Source: Candidatus Poribacteria bacterium (lineage in GTDB: Bacteria; Poribacteria; WGA-4E; GCA-2687025). From it: a stretch of 64,000 nucleotides of DNA. The stretch is taken from positions 1,600,001 to 1,664,000 of the forward strand of contig OY762492.1 in assembly GCA_963665845.2 (NCBI GenBank), written 5' to 3'. A model generated the notes under the pieces. It was not told the DNA's origin. It worked only from the letters and a program-made list of their open reading frames with translations, and did not search any database. Each line of letters opens with the position of its first letter. Positions within the stretch are counted from its first letter, which is position 1. Of this stretch, positions 49,495 to 59,357 are shown piece by piece. Made by a program: the position numbers and the translations under genes.

Positions 49495-51149
49495 CGCAGG
49501 AGAGTTCTTCTCCGCCGAAAAGCGCGAACCCGCGGCGGCATGATTTAGACGCCCTGCGCGCCTTTGCGATGCTGATCGGCGTCGGGCTGCATGCGGCGCT
49601 GGCGTTTATACCGGGCGCATGGATCGTCCAGGATACTCAAACAAACGAATGGTTCGGCATCTTTTTAGCGGCGACGCATGGGTTCCGCATGCCGGTCTTC
49701 TTTGTGATGAGCGGCTTTTTTACAGCGATGCTTTGGCGCCGGCGCGGCTTGATCCCGCTTCTACAGCACCGGTTCAAGCGCATTTTCATACCGTTTCTGC
49801 TCGGCTGCATTACCATCGTTCCGCTTTTGTACCTCCTCTACGGAGTCGCCATTGAGCAGTCGATGGAGGACGCAGGCAAAGTCGACACTCTATGGACGGC
49901 CGCCGGCGAAGGAGATGTGGACGCCATTAGGATCTATGCCGAGGCGGGCGCCGACCTGAACGCGCATGAGCCAATCGGCGGGTCGACAGCGTTGACGATC
50001 GCCGCCGTCAGCGGGAAGCCGAACGCGGTGGAGGCGCTGTTGAAAGCGGGCGCCGACCCGAACGCGCGCAACCGCGACACCGGAACGGCGCTCATAGCGG
50101 CATCCTTTTTCGGACGCGCCGAATCGATGAAACTGCTCTTAGAGGCGGGCGGCGACCCCGACCTTCCCAAAAACGACGGATCCACCGCGCGAACGGCGCT
50201 GAAAACGGACCGAAAGACGACCGAGTTCGTCGCCGCCATAATACAGATGAAGATCAACTGGGAGGAAACGGTCGACGGGCGGAAGCGAATCGCGCGCATG
50301 CTGGGCGATACCGCGGCGGAGGAAGAGGCAGCGACGAGCGGAGAAAGCGGCATCGCCCGCGCCGCGTCTTCTATTTATGAAGCGGTAACAAGCATATCGT
50401 TTCATCATCTTTGGTTTCTCTGGTTCCTATGCATTCTGGCGGCGCTCTTTGCCGTTTACGCGCTTCTGTCGGACAAGTACGGCTGGCGCCCCGCCGCCGG
50501 CGCATGGATACTTTCGCCGATGCGGTATCTCTGGCTCCTGCCGCTCACGATGATTCCGCAATGGTGGATGTACGAGTACTCCTACGGGCCGGACACCTCG
50601 GACGGCGTGATTCCAATGCCGCATCTGGTTCTGTATTACGCGGTCTTTTTCGGTTTCGGCGCCGTCTATTACGATTGCGGAGACGAGGAGGGGCGGGTCG
50701 GGAGATGGTGGTTCTTGACCGTTCCGTTCTCGCTGCTGGTTCTGTTTCCGCTCGGCATCGGCGCAACCTATGAGTATAAGGAGATGGGGCTGCCTGAAGA
50801 ATGGGGCAGACCGTTGGCGGACCTGCTCCAGGTCTCTTACACGTGGCTCATGACGTTCGGGTTGATGGGTCTGTTTCGGCGGCTGCTTCAGCGGGAAAAC
50901 AGGGCGGTGCGCTATGTGTCCGATTCCACCTACTGGCTCTATCTGGCGCATCTGCCGCTGACCGTCTGGGCGCAGATCTGGATGAAGCATTGGAACTGGA
51001 ACCCGTTTGTCAAGTTCGCGTTCGTCTGCGTTCTCGTGACGGGCGTTGTGCTGGTCTCGTATGAGGCCTTTATCCGTTATACATGGGTCGGCGCCATGCT
51101 GAACGGGCGGAAGACGCGCCCCCAGCATCCAGAAGCCGCGCCTCTTTGA
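49491..51149 (+). CDS. Acyltransferase-3 (OpgC-like) with inserted ankyrin repeats
   Basis: RRHDLDALRA, FRMPVFFVMSGFF, HLWFL, YWLYLAH; ankyrin G.TAL..AA..G...V..LL.AGADPN. Confidence 0.9.
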   Translation: MTQESSSPPKSANPRRHDLDALRAFAMLIGVGLHAALAFIPGAWIVQDTQTNEWFGIFLAATHGFRMPVFFVMSGFFTAMLWRRRGLIPLLQHRFKRIFIPFLLGCITIVPLLYLLYGVAIEQSMEDAGKVDTLWTAAGEGDVDAIRIYAEAGADLNAHEPIGGSTALTIAAVSGKPNAVEALLKAGADPNARNRDTGTALIAASFFGRAESMKLLLEAGGDPDLPKNDGSTARTALKTDRKTTEFVAAIIQMKINWEETVDGRKRIARMLGDTAAEEEAATSGESGIARAASSIYEAVTSISFHHLWFLWFLCILAALFAVYALLSDKYGWRPAAGAWILSPMRYLWLLPLTMIPQWWMYEYSYGPDTSDGVIPMPHLVLYYAVFFGFGAVYYDCGDEEGRVGRWWFLTVPFSLLVLFPLGIGATYEYKEMGLPEEWGRPLADLLQVSYTWLMTFGLMGLFRRLLQRENRAVRYVSDSTYWLYLAHLPLTVWAQIWMKHWNWNPFVKFAFVCVLVTGVVLVSYEAFIRYTWVGAMLNGRKTRPQHPEAAPL

Positions 51150-51160
51150 GTTGAAAACGT

Positions 51161-51328
51161 CTGACCTTACGTCATTAAGTTGGACATGCCGGCGGGTGGA
51201 CGCGAACGTCCTCTGCGCCGCCTCTGGATTCCCGCTTACGCGGGAATGACGGTCTGGTTGGCGGCGCCTTTTTCCCATGAATAGAGCGATCGTCGGTTCA
51301 AATGTCCCAACTTTCAGCATGAGGTCAG
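51161..51328. mobile_element. Family D MITE copy
   Basis: CTGACC...GGTCAG, 168 bp, internal A palindrome; no TSD seen. Confidence 0.72.
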
Positions 51329-51412
51329 AAGAACTTCTCTGCACAAAACGGCAAAATATGGTATCATAAGATTGCCTAAACGAATACCGCCGCATTTGGG
51401 AGAATCGCCGCG

Positions 51413-54079
51413 ATGATGACCGCCAACGAAACGCGCGACAGCTTTCTACAATTCTTTAACGAGCGCGGGCATGAGATCGTCCCAAGCGCGCCGCTGATAC
51501 CGCGCAGCGATCCAACGCTGCTGTTCACCAACGCCGGCATGAACCAGTTCAAAGATGTGTTCTTAGGGTCAGGCTCCCGTCCATATGCGCGGGCGGCGGA
51601 CACCCAAAAATGCATCCGCGTCCACGGCAAACACAACGACCTGGACGAGGTCGGCTATTCGCCCAGCCACCATACCCTGTTTGAAATGCTTGGAAACTGG
51701 TCGTTCGGCGACTATTTCAAAAAAGAAGCGATCCTATGGGCATGGGAGCTGCTGACGGAGGTATGGGGGCTGCCGAAGGAGAGGCTTTATGCGACCGTCT
51801 TTGCAGGCGACGAGCAGGACGGCGTCCCCCCCGACAACGAAGCGGCTGACCTATGGACCGCCGTCACCGACATCAGCGAAAACCGCATCGTCCATTTAGG
51901 CAAAAAAGACAACTTCTGGGAAATGGGCGACACCGGCCCCTGCGGCCCGTGTTCAGAGATACTGATCGATCTGAACCCTGAACCTGTCGACCCGAAGCAG
52001 TTTGACCCGGACGGAGACGGGATCGTCGAGATCTGGAATCTCGTCTTTATTCAGTTCAACCGGAAGGCGGACGGATCGCTGGAGCCGCTTCCCGCGCAGC
52101 ATGTGGACACCGGCATGGGCTTTGAGCGTCTCTGCGCCATCTTGCAGAAGAAACCGTCCAACTATGAAACCGACCTGTTCGCCCCGTTGATTGAACGGGT
52201 CGGCGAGCTGTCTGGACATGCCTACGATCCCGGCGGGGACGGCGCGCCGATGCGCGTCATCGCCGACCATGCGCGCATGCTCACCTTTGCTATCGCGGAC
52301 GGCGCCCTTCCAAGCGCCGACGGGCGCGGATATGTGCTGCGCCGAGTGCTGCGGCGCGCCGCGCGTTACGGGCGCTCGCTTGGCATGGAGGAGCCGTTTA
52401 TCTGCCGCTTGACGCCTGTCTTGGCGGAAACGATGGGCGGCAAGTTTCCAGAGATCGCCGAGCGGCAAACCCACATTGAACGGGTGATTCGAGCGGAGGA
52501 GGAGTCGTTCGGACGAACGCTTGACAGGGGCATTGAGCGGTTTGAAGAAGCGGCGCTGAAAAGCGAAGCGGACGGCGCCAAAACGCTCTCCGGCGACGAC
52601 GCTTTTAAACTGTACGACACCTACGGATTTCCGCTGGACCTGACGCAGCTGATGGCGGCGGAGCGCGGCATGTCGGTCGATACGGACGCCTTCAACGAGC
52701 GCATGTCTGAACAGCGGGCGAGGGCTAGGGCGTCTCAAAAATTCACGGTCGATCCGAACGCGGCGGCGGTCTGGCAGACCGTCTCGGAGGGGGAGGACTC
52801 TCTCTTTGTCGGGTATGAGTCGCTGGAGGCGGAGGCGCGCATTCGCCGCATTCGCCTCATGGAAAGCGCCGAGAGCGCGTCCGAGGAGGGCGGTCAAATC
52901 GTTCAGCTGACGCTGGATAAGACGCCGTTTTACGCCGAAGCGGGGGGGCAGGTCGGCGACCGCGGCGTTCTGAATGTGGACGGAGAGGCGGTCAAGGTTC
53001 TCGACACGCAGCGCGGCGAGGACGGCTCCATCGCGCATACGGTTGACCGGCTGCCGGCGAATCCCGACGGCGCCGTTCTGGCGCATGTGGACGTCGACTG
53101 GCGCCGCTCCGTTTCAAGGGCGCATTCGGCGACGCATCTGCTGCATGCGGGTTTGAGGAAGGTTTTGGGGGATCATGTGTCGCAGGCGGGGTCGCTTGTC
53201 GCGCCGGACCGCGTTCGTTTTGACGTCGCGCATTATGAGGCGGTCAGCGCGGACGCGCTGCGCGAAGTGGAGGCGTTTGTCAATGAGCATGCGCTTCAAA
53301 ACTACCCTGTTGAGACCGTACTCATGAACTTGGACGCGGCGCGGGAGGCGGGCGCGCTGGCGCTCTTCGGCGAAAAATATGACGAAATAGCGCGGACGGT
53401 GCGCATGGGAGAGGTCAGCTTTGAGCTGTGCGGCGGCTGCCACGTCGCGGCGGCGGCGGAGATCGGCCTCTTTAAAATACAGCGCGAACAGAGCGTCGCG
53501 GCGGGCGTCCGGCGAGTCGAAGCCTCCACCGGCGAAACGGCGTACCGCCAGGCAGTCGAAGCGGAGGCGCTGCTGAACGCGGCGGCTGACGCTGTCGGCG
53601 CGCGGCAGCGTTCGGAAATCGCCCCGCGCATCGAAAAAGCGGTCGAGAAGGCGGAACGGCTGGAGCGGGAGCTGGCGGAAATGCGCCGTCAATCCGCCCT
53701 CGGCAACGTGGATGAGATCGCGTCGGCGGCGCAGGATGTCGGCGGCGTGAAGGTCGCGTCGGGAGTCGCCCCTGTGGAGGATCGGGACGCCTTGCGGCAG
53801 CTGATGGAAGCGGCGCTGAAGCGCCTGGGCGGCAGAAGCGTCGTCGTCCTCGGCGCCGAGGCGGACGGGAAACCGATCTTCGTTGCGGGCGCGTCCAAAG
53901 CGGCTGTGGAGCAGGACGGCATACACGCGGGAATGCTCATCAAAGAGGTGGCGGCGATCGCAAGCGGAGGCGGCGGCGGACGGCCCGACATGGCGCAAGC
54001 GGGCGGACGCGATCTTTCAAAACTGAAAGAGGCGGTCGAACACGCGCGCGAAGCGGCGGCGCGGCAGCTTTCCAAATGA
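51413..54079 (+). CDS. alaS: Alanine--tRNA ligase
   Basis: LLFTNAGMNQFK, GPCGPCSE, DTGMGFER, HSATHLLH, GGGGRPDMAQAGG. Confidence 0.99.
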   Translation: MMTANETRDSFLQFFNERGHEIVPSAPLIPRSDPTLLFTNAGMNQFKDVFLGSGSRPYARAADTQKCIRVHGKHNDLDEVGYSPSHHTLFEMLGNWSFGDYFKKEAILWAWELLTEVWGLPKERLYATVFAGDEQDGVPPDNEAADLWTAVTDISENRIVHLGKKDNFWEMGDTGPCGPCSEILIDLNPEPVDPKQFDPDGDGIVEIWNLVFIQFNRKADGSLEPLPAQHVDTGMGFERLCAILQKKPSNYETDLFAPLIERVGELSGHAYDPGGDGAPMRVIADHARMLTFAIADGALPSADGRGYVLRRVLRRAARYGRSLGMEEPFICRLTPVLAETMGGKFPEIAERQTHIERVIRAEEESFGRTLDRGIERFEEAALKSEADGAKTLSGDDAFKLYDTYGFPLDLTQLMAAERGMSVDTDAFNERMSEQRARARASQKFTVDPNAAAVWQTVSEGEDSLFVGYESLEAEARIRRIRLMESAESASEEGGQIVQLTLDKTPFYAEAGGQVGDRGVLNVDGEAVKVLDTQRGEDGSIAHTVDRLPANPDGAVLAHVDVDWRRSVSRAHSATHLLHAGLRKVLGDHVSQAGSLVAPDRVRFDVAHYEAVSADALREVEAFVNEHALQNYPVETVLMNLDAAREAGALALFGEKYDEIARTVRMGEVSFELCGGCHVAAAAEIGLFKIQREQSVAAGVRRVEASTGETAYRQAVEAEALLNAAADAVGARQRSEIAPRIEKAVEKAERLERELAEMRRQSALGNVDEIASAAQDVGGVKVASGVAPVEDRDALRQLMEAALKRLGGRSVVVLGAEADGKPIFVAGASKAAVEQDGIHAGMLIKEVAAIASGGGGGRPDMAQAGGRDLSKLKEAVEHAREAAARQLSK

Positions 54080-54150
54080 ACGCCGACGGAGCGCAACGGA
54101 CATCAGAACGGGCATCATAACGGACGTCATAACGCACAGGGAGCGGGCGA

Positions 54151-55491
54151 ATGCGTTTTAACATACCTCGCTTGGTGATTGAGGTGTTTCAGTACTCATG
54201 GTACAGGGGGCTGCGCGGCGTCGTCATTGAAGACATACCGGACACGCGCGCCATCGGATTCAACGACAACATCTCCTCCGTCCGAATCTACAAAGGCCCT
54301 GGCTACGCCCCCGGCGCCAGCCAGAAAGCGCTCTTTTTTGAAGACCGCGATTTCAAGGGGCGCCGACTCGCCTTAGGTCCGGGCTACTACCAGTCGCTGC
54401 ATCAGTTCTCGTACAACTTCGGAAATGTGATCTCCTCCATCGCGGTGCGCTCCGAAAGCCGCTCAGACGGACCCGTATGGGGCGGCGCGCCGGCGGTGAT
54501 TGAGCTGTATTCGGAGCTGAACTTTACCGGGCGAAAGACGGTCGTCGTGCGCGATGAACCGCAGATGACGGCGCGGTTCGCCAACGAAGTTCGCTCCATG
54601 CGCATCCTGAAAGGTCCGGACTGCCCCGCCGTCGGCTGCCGCATCCAGCTGTTTCCCGCCGTCGATTTTGAGGGCGAACCGGTCTCGGTGGCGTTGACGC
54701 AGCGCGATTCGGTCTATGAGATACCGGACATGCGCGCCCTTCCGCAAAGCGCCGTACCATCGGTCGGCTCCATGAAAATCGAGGGCTGGACAAGCTCGAC
54801 AGAGTTCACAAGCGTCGTGTTTCAGGACGAATTTGACGGAACGCGCCTGCATGAAAACTGGGAATGGGTTGACCCGCGCGAAGACGGCGAATGGAAAGAA
54901 CGGCAAGGATTTCTCATCCTGGGCGCGAAGGCGGGTCAAGACCTGCGGCGCGGCGAAAACTTTGACGCCCCGCGGCTGATTCAGCCCGTCGCCGGCGACT
55001 TTTCAATTGAAACGCGCATTCAGGTCACCCGCGACAGCCGACCGCATGGGGGGTTGCTTGTCTGGTACGACGAAGGCAACTTTCTAACGCTTGAGCGGAC
55101 GGCGGACGACCATGACTTCAAAGGCGATGTGCGTTTTGAGCAGCATTCGTTTCGCGGCGCCGGACTCATCGGGCGCAGCCAGGGGCTTCGCGGCGCCAGC
55201 CATCTGTATCTGCGCTTGGAGCGCTCCGGCAACGAGTTCACCGCGTCCGCCAGCTCCAACGGGGTCGACTGGATCAGCTGCGGCTCTCGGTTCATGAGCA
55301 TGCCTGAAACGGTCTTTGTCGGCTTGCATGCGCTGTGTCCGGGCAACACGGCTCCCACCATCACGCGCTTCGATTTTTTCAAGATACTGGCGCGCCCTGA
55401 AGACCGAACCATCGAAAATCCGCGCATACCAACCTCGCGCGATTCGCGGCGAATGCGCCGGCGGTTCACCGCTCTGCGCCGCCTTTCATAA
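54151..55491 (+). CDS. Beta/gamma-crystallin repeats + DUF1349/ConA-like domain protein
   Basis: FNDNISSVR, FGNVISSI, FANEVRSMR; C-terminal NFDAPRL, LRLERSGNEF..S.NG.DW. Confidence 0.75.
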   Translation: MRFNIPRLVIEVFQYSWYRGLRGVVIEDIPDTRAIGFNDNISSVRIYKGPGYAPGASQKALFFEDRDFKGRRLALGPGYYQSLHQFSYNFGNVISSIAVRSESRSDGPVWGGAPAVIELYSELNFTGRKTVVVRDEPQMTARFANEVRSMRILKGPDCPAVGCRIQLFPAVDFEGEPVSVALTQRDSVYEIPDMRALPQSAVPSVGSMKIEGWTSSTEFTSVVFQDEFDGTRLHENWEWVDPREDGEWKERQGFLILGAKAGQDLRRGENFDAPRLIQPVAGDFSIETRIQVTRDSRPHGGLLVWYDEGNFLTLERTADDHDFKGDVRFEQHSFRGAGLIGRSQGLRGASHLYLRLERSGNEFTASASSNGVDWISCGSRFMSMPETVFVGLHALCPGNTAPTITRFDFFKILARPEDRTIENPRIPTSRDSRRMRRRFTALRRLS

Positions 55492-55492
55492 C

Positions 55493-56224
55493 CTAACGGT
55501 ATAAACCCCGCCGGCGGATATAGTCCGCTACCATCGGCGTCAGCTCCGCCATCGCCTCGCGCCCGCCCGCATTCAGCCTCGCGGATGTGGAGGACATATC
55601 GGCGTAGTTCTGCGGCAGAAGCATCGTCTGTACGCCGCCGCGAAAGCGCCGGTTCTCCGGGCGGTTGAGCAGCGTTTCCACCGCCTCCACTCCATCGCCC
55701 TGCCGGTTCGCGCATAGAAACGACGCCGCGCTAAAAAGAGCGTCCAGCTCGGCGTCTCGCTTCTCGTAATATTTCTCGTCAAACACGCGGATAAAAGTGT
55801 CGTATCCGACGATGAAGACGATTTCCGAGGCGGGGTAGAGGTCGCGTATGGCGGCGGTTTTGTCGATGAAACGCCCATGCGAGCCGACGCCTATAGACAT
55901 CCATTCCCGCCCCTGCGCGATCAGGTCCAGCATCATGAGACGTTCGTGAAGAGGCGCATGCTCCGTTTTTTTGTCGACGTTCGCCTTTGCCAGCTCCATG
56001 AGGATCTCGCCGCACCCGCCCTGCGTATGCGCAATTTCAGCCATTTTCAAATGCGCCCTGGTGGGCGGGTTGAACGACGCCGCCAAGGCTCCAATCCGCT
56101 TCGGCGGCTCCTTACGGACGCGGCGCGCTAACGCGATGCGCGGCGGCCCCGTCAAATCGACCGCGTGGACGATGTCCGCGAACTCCGCTCTCCGCTTCTG
56201 TTCAGATAATCGGAAGATCGTCAT
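55493..56224 (-). CDS. NadD-like nucleotidyltransferase
   Basis: SFNPPTRAH, VGYDT..R, MSSTSAR. Confidence 0.8.
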   Translation of the reverse strand: MTIFRLSEQKRRAEFADIVHAVDLTGPPRIALARRVRKEPPKRIGALAASFNPPTRAHLKMAEIAHTQGGCGEILMELAKANVDKKTEHAPLHERLMMLDLIAQGREWMSIGVGSHGRFIDKTAAIRDLYPASEIVFIVGYDTFIRVFDEKYYEKRDAELDALFSAASFLCANRQGDGVEAVETLLNRPENRRFRGGVQTMLLPQNYADMSSTSARLNAGGREAMAELTPMVADYIRRRGLYR

Positions 56225-57371
56225 CGATGCGCGACTGCTTCATTTGGCGGATGCGCCGCGTCAGCAGTATCCGCCGCAGCCTGTTCGCCACGATCTGCTC
56301 TTCGCCGATGCGCAGCGTCTGCGGGTTCACATAGACGCCGTTGCCCGGTCCCGCCGCGAGCATGATCGGCGGCGACTCCCCGCGCAGCTCCGCCAAGACC
56401 TCCCGATTCGAAAGACCCAGCGACGCCTGATCAATGCGGATGAGCGCGCGCGGCATCGGCTGACCCGCCTCGGACGGAAAATCGCGCGACGCCTCCACGC
56501 CCTCCACATCCTGAAACGCCTCCACGATCTGCTTCACCATATCCTCGTAATGCCGCTCAAGCAGATCGTGATCGGTCAAGATATACTCGCGCACCGCCGC
56601 CCAGATGCCCGCCAGCTCCTCTTTGCCGACCTTCAGCGTCCGACCGATGCGCGGGTTGGGGTTTGAGTGAAAAGCGCACGCCTGCATGAGTTCAGGTTTG
56701 CCGAGAAGAACGCCGGTCGATTGCGGTCCGCGCAGCCCTTTTCCGCCGCTGAAGATGGCGGCGTCCGCGCCGTAATCGACGGTGAACCGCCACAGGTTCG
56801 CGTACGGCGGAAGCTGCGCCGCGGCGTCCACAATGACCCGTACGCCCGCTTCGTTCGCCGCTTCAATCGCTTCCTTTGCCGACACCGCGCCAGGCGGTCC
56901 CTCTCCTTTCGGCGCGAGGAACAGAGCCGACGTCTTCCGCGTGAAAGCGTTTTGAAGGTCGCGCAGCTCCGCCTTTTCGGGCGTTCCAACATAGACGATG
57001 CTTCCGCCGGCGCGCCGCAATAGATGATCATGCTCCGTGATCGCCGGTCTTTGAACGATGAACTCGTTTTTCATGCCGGACGAATCCGGCAGCCGAGACG
57101 CTTTTTCTGGATCGTCGCCCGCCATGCATGCGGCGGCGGCGAGATAGATGCCCGCGGCGGCGCCGGTCGTCACAAAGGCGGCTTCGTTGCCGGTCATCTT
57201 CGCAATCTGCTCCCCGACGCGCGTCTGCATCTCCTGCAGATCCACATAGGAGCGCGCCGCCTCCATCATCGCGCGGATTACGGACATCGGCATGAGCGAG
57301 CCGCCGAGCGTTGTGAGCGTCGCGTCTCCGTTGATGATCGTTTTCAGTTTAAGGTCGTCGTAAATGCCCAT
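56202..57371 (-). CDS. SelA-like PLP-dependent enzyme (DgaE-like)
   Basis: LTTLGGS, VDAAAQ, FSGGKGLRGPQSTG, KVGKEE. Confidence 0.85.
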   Translation of the reverse strand: MGIYDDLKLKTIINGDATLTTLGGSLMPMSVIRAMMEAARSYVDLQEMQTRVGEQIAKMTGNEAAFVTTGAAAGIYLAAAACMAGDDPEKASRLPDSSGMKNEFIVQRPAITEHDHLLRRAGGSIVYVGTPEKAELRDLQNAFTRKTSALFLAPKGEGPPGAVSAKEAIEAANEAGVRVIVDAAAQLPPYANLWRFTVDYGADAAIFSGGKGLRGPQSTGVLLGKPELMQACAFHSNPNPRIGRTLKVGKEELAGIWAAVREYILTDHDLLERHYEDMVKQIVEAFQDVEGVEASRDFPSEAGQPMPRALIRIDQASLGLSNREVLAELRGESPPIMLAAGPGNGVYVNPQTLRIGEEQIVANRLRRILLTRRIRQMKQSRIDDDLPII

Positions 57372-57863
57372 CTATTTTCCGCTCTGAAAGCCGTAGATTT
57401 CGATTTCCGCGGCGATCGGTTTGCCGGGTATAAACTTTCCTGCGCTGAGCCGATCGTCGGCGGTGTTGCTGATACGGAGCCGTATGCGGTCGGCGCTGGA
57501 CGATTTGAATGTCCACTCGATGACGCCGCTGCGGTTCTCATCGACCCTGCCGACCATTTTCCAGTCGCCCTCCCCGCGTCCGCCGATATACAGAACGGCG
57601 TCTTTGTAGTTGGAGCCGAGAACGCGCACTTTATGAATGAAGCGCGGCGAGGGGAGCCGTATCTGTATTTCGCGGGAGGTTTCGCCTTCCGTTTTCAGGT
57701 CGCCGTCGATCAGCGCCGGCGCGGGTTGAACCATCTCTTTCCAATGCCATTCGGCGGCGGTTCCCTTTTCAAGCGCGTAGTTCGCGCTCAACGGCGAGGG
57801 CGCCAACAGGGCGCACCCGTTCAGCAGGCAGGCAAGAACGATGGTCAACACAAGAGCGCGCAT
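57372..57863 (-). CDS. Hypothetical lipoprotein (discoidin/galactose-binding-like)
   Basis: Lipobox LLNGC; LIDGD..T and AEIEIYG. Confidence 0.65.
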   Translation of the reverse strand: MRALVLTIVLACLLNGCALLAPSPLSANYALEKGTAAEWHWKEMVQPAPALIDGDLKTEGETSREIQIRLPSPRFIHKVRVLGSNYKDAVLYIGGRGEGDWKMVGRVDENRSGVIEWTFKSSSADRIRLRISNTADDRLSAGKFIPGKPIAAEIEIYGFQSGK

Positions 57864-57924
57864 GGCTTCTCGTCCGCGCTGAAAAGACGCAAGCGGAGGG
57901 CGTTGTGTAAGGCGGAAAGATGGA

Positions 57925-58006
57925 TGCCCCCGGTTGGATTCGAACCAACACGCTCAAAGAGCACAGGCCCTCAACCTGCCGCGTATGCCAATTCCGCCAC
58001 GGGGGC
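57925..58006 (-). tRNA. tRNA-Leu(GAG)
   Basis: GCCCCCGTGGCGGAATTGGCATACGCGGCAGGTT-GAG-GGCCTG...GGTTCGAATCCAACCGGGGGCA; long variable arm. Confidence 0.96.
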
Positions 58007-58210
58007 AGCCGTTACAAGCGGTAATTATCATACGGCATGGCGGCGGGGGAGTCAAGAAAAGATGTTTGCCGGCAGTACCTACAGGCGACGGCATTCATTT
58101 TGCGCGACGGCCGATCCATGCCGTCATTCCCGCGTAAGCGGGAATCTTAAGGCATCGCAGCCGCCGCGCCCGCCCTTTAAACCCCCCTAACCGCCTTTTC
58201 AAGGGGGAAT

Positions 58211-58379
58211 CTGACCTAACGCCTAAAGTTGGGACATTTGAACCGACGATCGCTTTATTCATGGGGAAAAAGGCGCCGCCAACCAGACCGTCATTCCCGC
58301 GTAAGCGGGAATCTAGAGGCGTCGCAGAAGACGTCCGCGTTCGCATGCCGACATGTCCCAACTTAAGACGTAAGGTCAG
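58211..58379. mobile_element. Family D MITE copy inserted in a family-B repeat
   Basis: GGGAAT duplicated at 58205-58210 and 58380-58385; orientation opposite to the 1645 copy. Confidence 0.75.
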
Positions 58380-58406
58380 GGGAATCGAATGCGGCGGCGC
58401 GCGTTC

Positions 58407-59354
58407 TTAAGGTTTCAATTCTGCCGCGTTCAAATACACCTCGGATGGATCGACTTTGCAATGCTGGAGCAGCGATGCAGCGTGAGATATTTTATGGATG
58501 GACTCCCCATGCATTGAAACATAAATTCCGTCCGCAATCTGCACTGGATGCGCCATCGGTTTTCCGCCATGCGCAATCGGCTCTGAATTAGCAACGTAGG
58601 TTTTTCTAGACTTTGCCATCGCCGGCATCTGATCGCGCGTCAACCTGCCCTTTGAATGGAGCCACTTGGCGCTTTCTACATGAATATCGTACCAGTTTTT
58701 AATTGGAGCCTCGCTTCCGTCAGGAAATCTGATCGTCGAAGGCATGTTTTTCCTTCCTCCCGGCGCGCGGTACTTCGACAGCGGAACCCATTTGCCGTTG
58801 AGAGGCGGTTCGGGTTCTTCCGGCGGGCTGGTCTCCTCCTCGTCAACGATGATCGGCGTCTGCGCCTTCTTCACTTTGCCGGACGCCAAATTCAGCCGCC
58901 AAAGCGCCAGCAGCTCCAACGCGCATTCATACGGCGGGTCGTCAACGATGGAGATGTAGATGCGGCGGCGCTCTTTGAGCGGCGCCTGTTCAAAGACGCT
59001 GTAAAGTTCCCATCGGTTTCCGTCTGTCAGCCCGGCATACCCAACGCCTTCGCGGTTGGCGTAGTTGAGCGTCTGTATCTGGTGGTCGTCCAGCGATTCG
59101 CCCAGCTTCTTCGCTTCAAGGACGGCGGCGGGCTTGCCGTCCGGTTTCATCAACGCATAATCGGCGCGCTGCTTTCCGACATTGTACTCTAGCTTCACGA
59201 GCGCCGGATCCGAGACGTCCCAGCCCAGCGCATGAAGCAGCGGGTTGATGAGGGCGGCGCGCGTCCGCGTTTCGTTTTCGCTCAATTCCTGTCTATGACG
59301 CTCAATGCGCTTTTTCAGCGTCTCGATCGTTTCGGCGAGGGCGTCTAAGTTCAT
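58407..59354 (-). CDS. HsdR_N-like PD-(D/E)xK nuclease + variable C-terminal domain (paralog 1)
   Basis: NETRTR..LINPLL.ALGW, RADYAL, LEAKK, Q..NY, LTDGNRW. Confidence 0.85.
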   Translation of the reverse strand: MNLDALAETIETLKKRIERHRQELSENETRTRAALINPLLHALGWDVSDPALVKLEYNVGKQRADYALMKPDGKPAAVLEAKKLGESLDDHQIQTLNYANREGVGYAGLTDGNRWELYSVFEQAPLKERRRIYISIVDDPPYECALELLALWRLNLASGKVKKAQTPIIVDEEETSPPEEPEPPLNGKWVPLSKYRAPGGRKNMPSTIRFPDGSEAPIKNWYDIHVESAKWLHSKGRLTRDQMPAMAKSRKTYVANSEPIAHGGKPMAHPVQIADGIYVSMHGESIHKISHAASLLQHCKVDPSEVYLNAAELKP

Positions 59355-59357
59355 GCG

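Noticed and set aside
56202-57371. True selA / selenocysteine machinery
   Set aside because: Short SelA-like form; no selB or selD, and the adjacent tRNA is Leu, not Sec.
57024-58190. 388-aa plus-strand ORF
   Set aside because: Overlaps two minus-strand genes, the tRNA and repeats.
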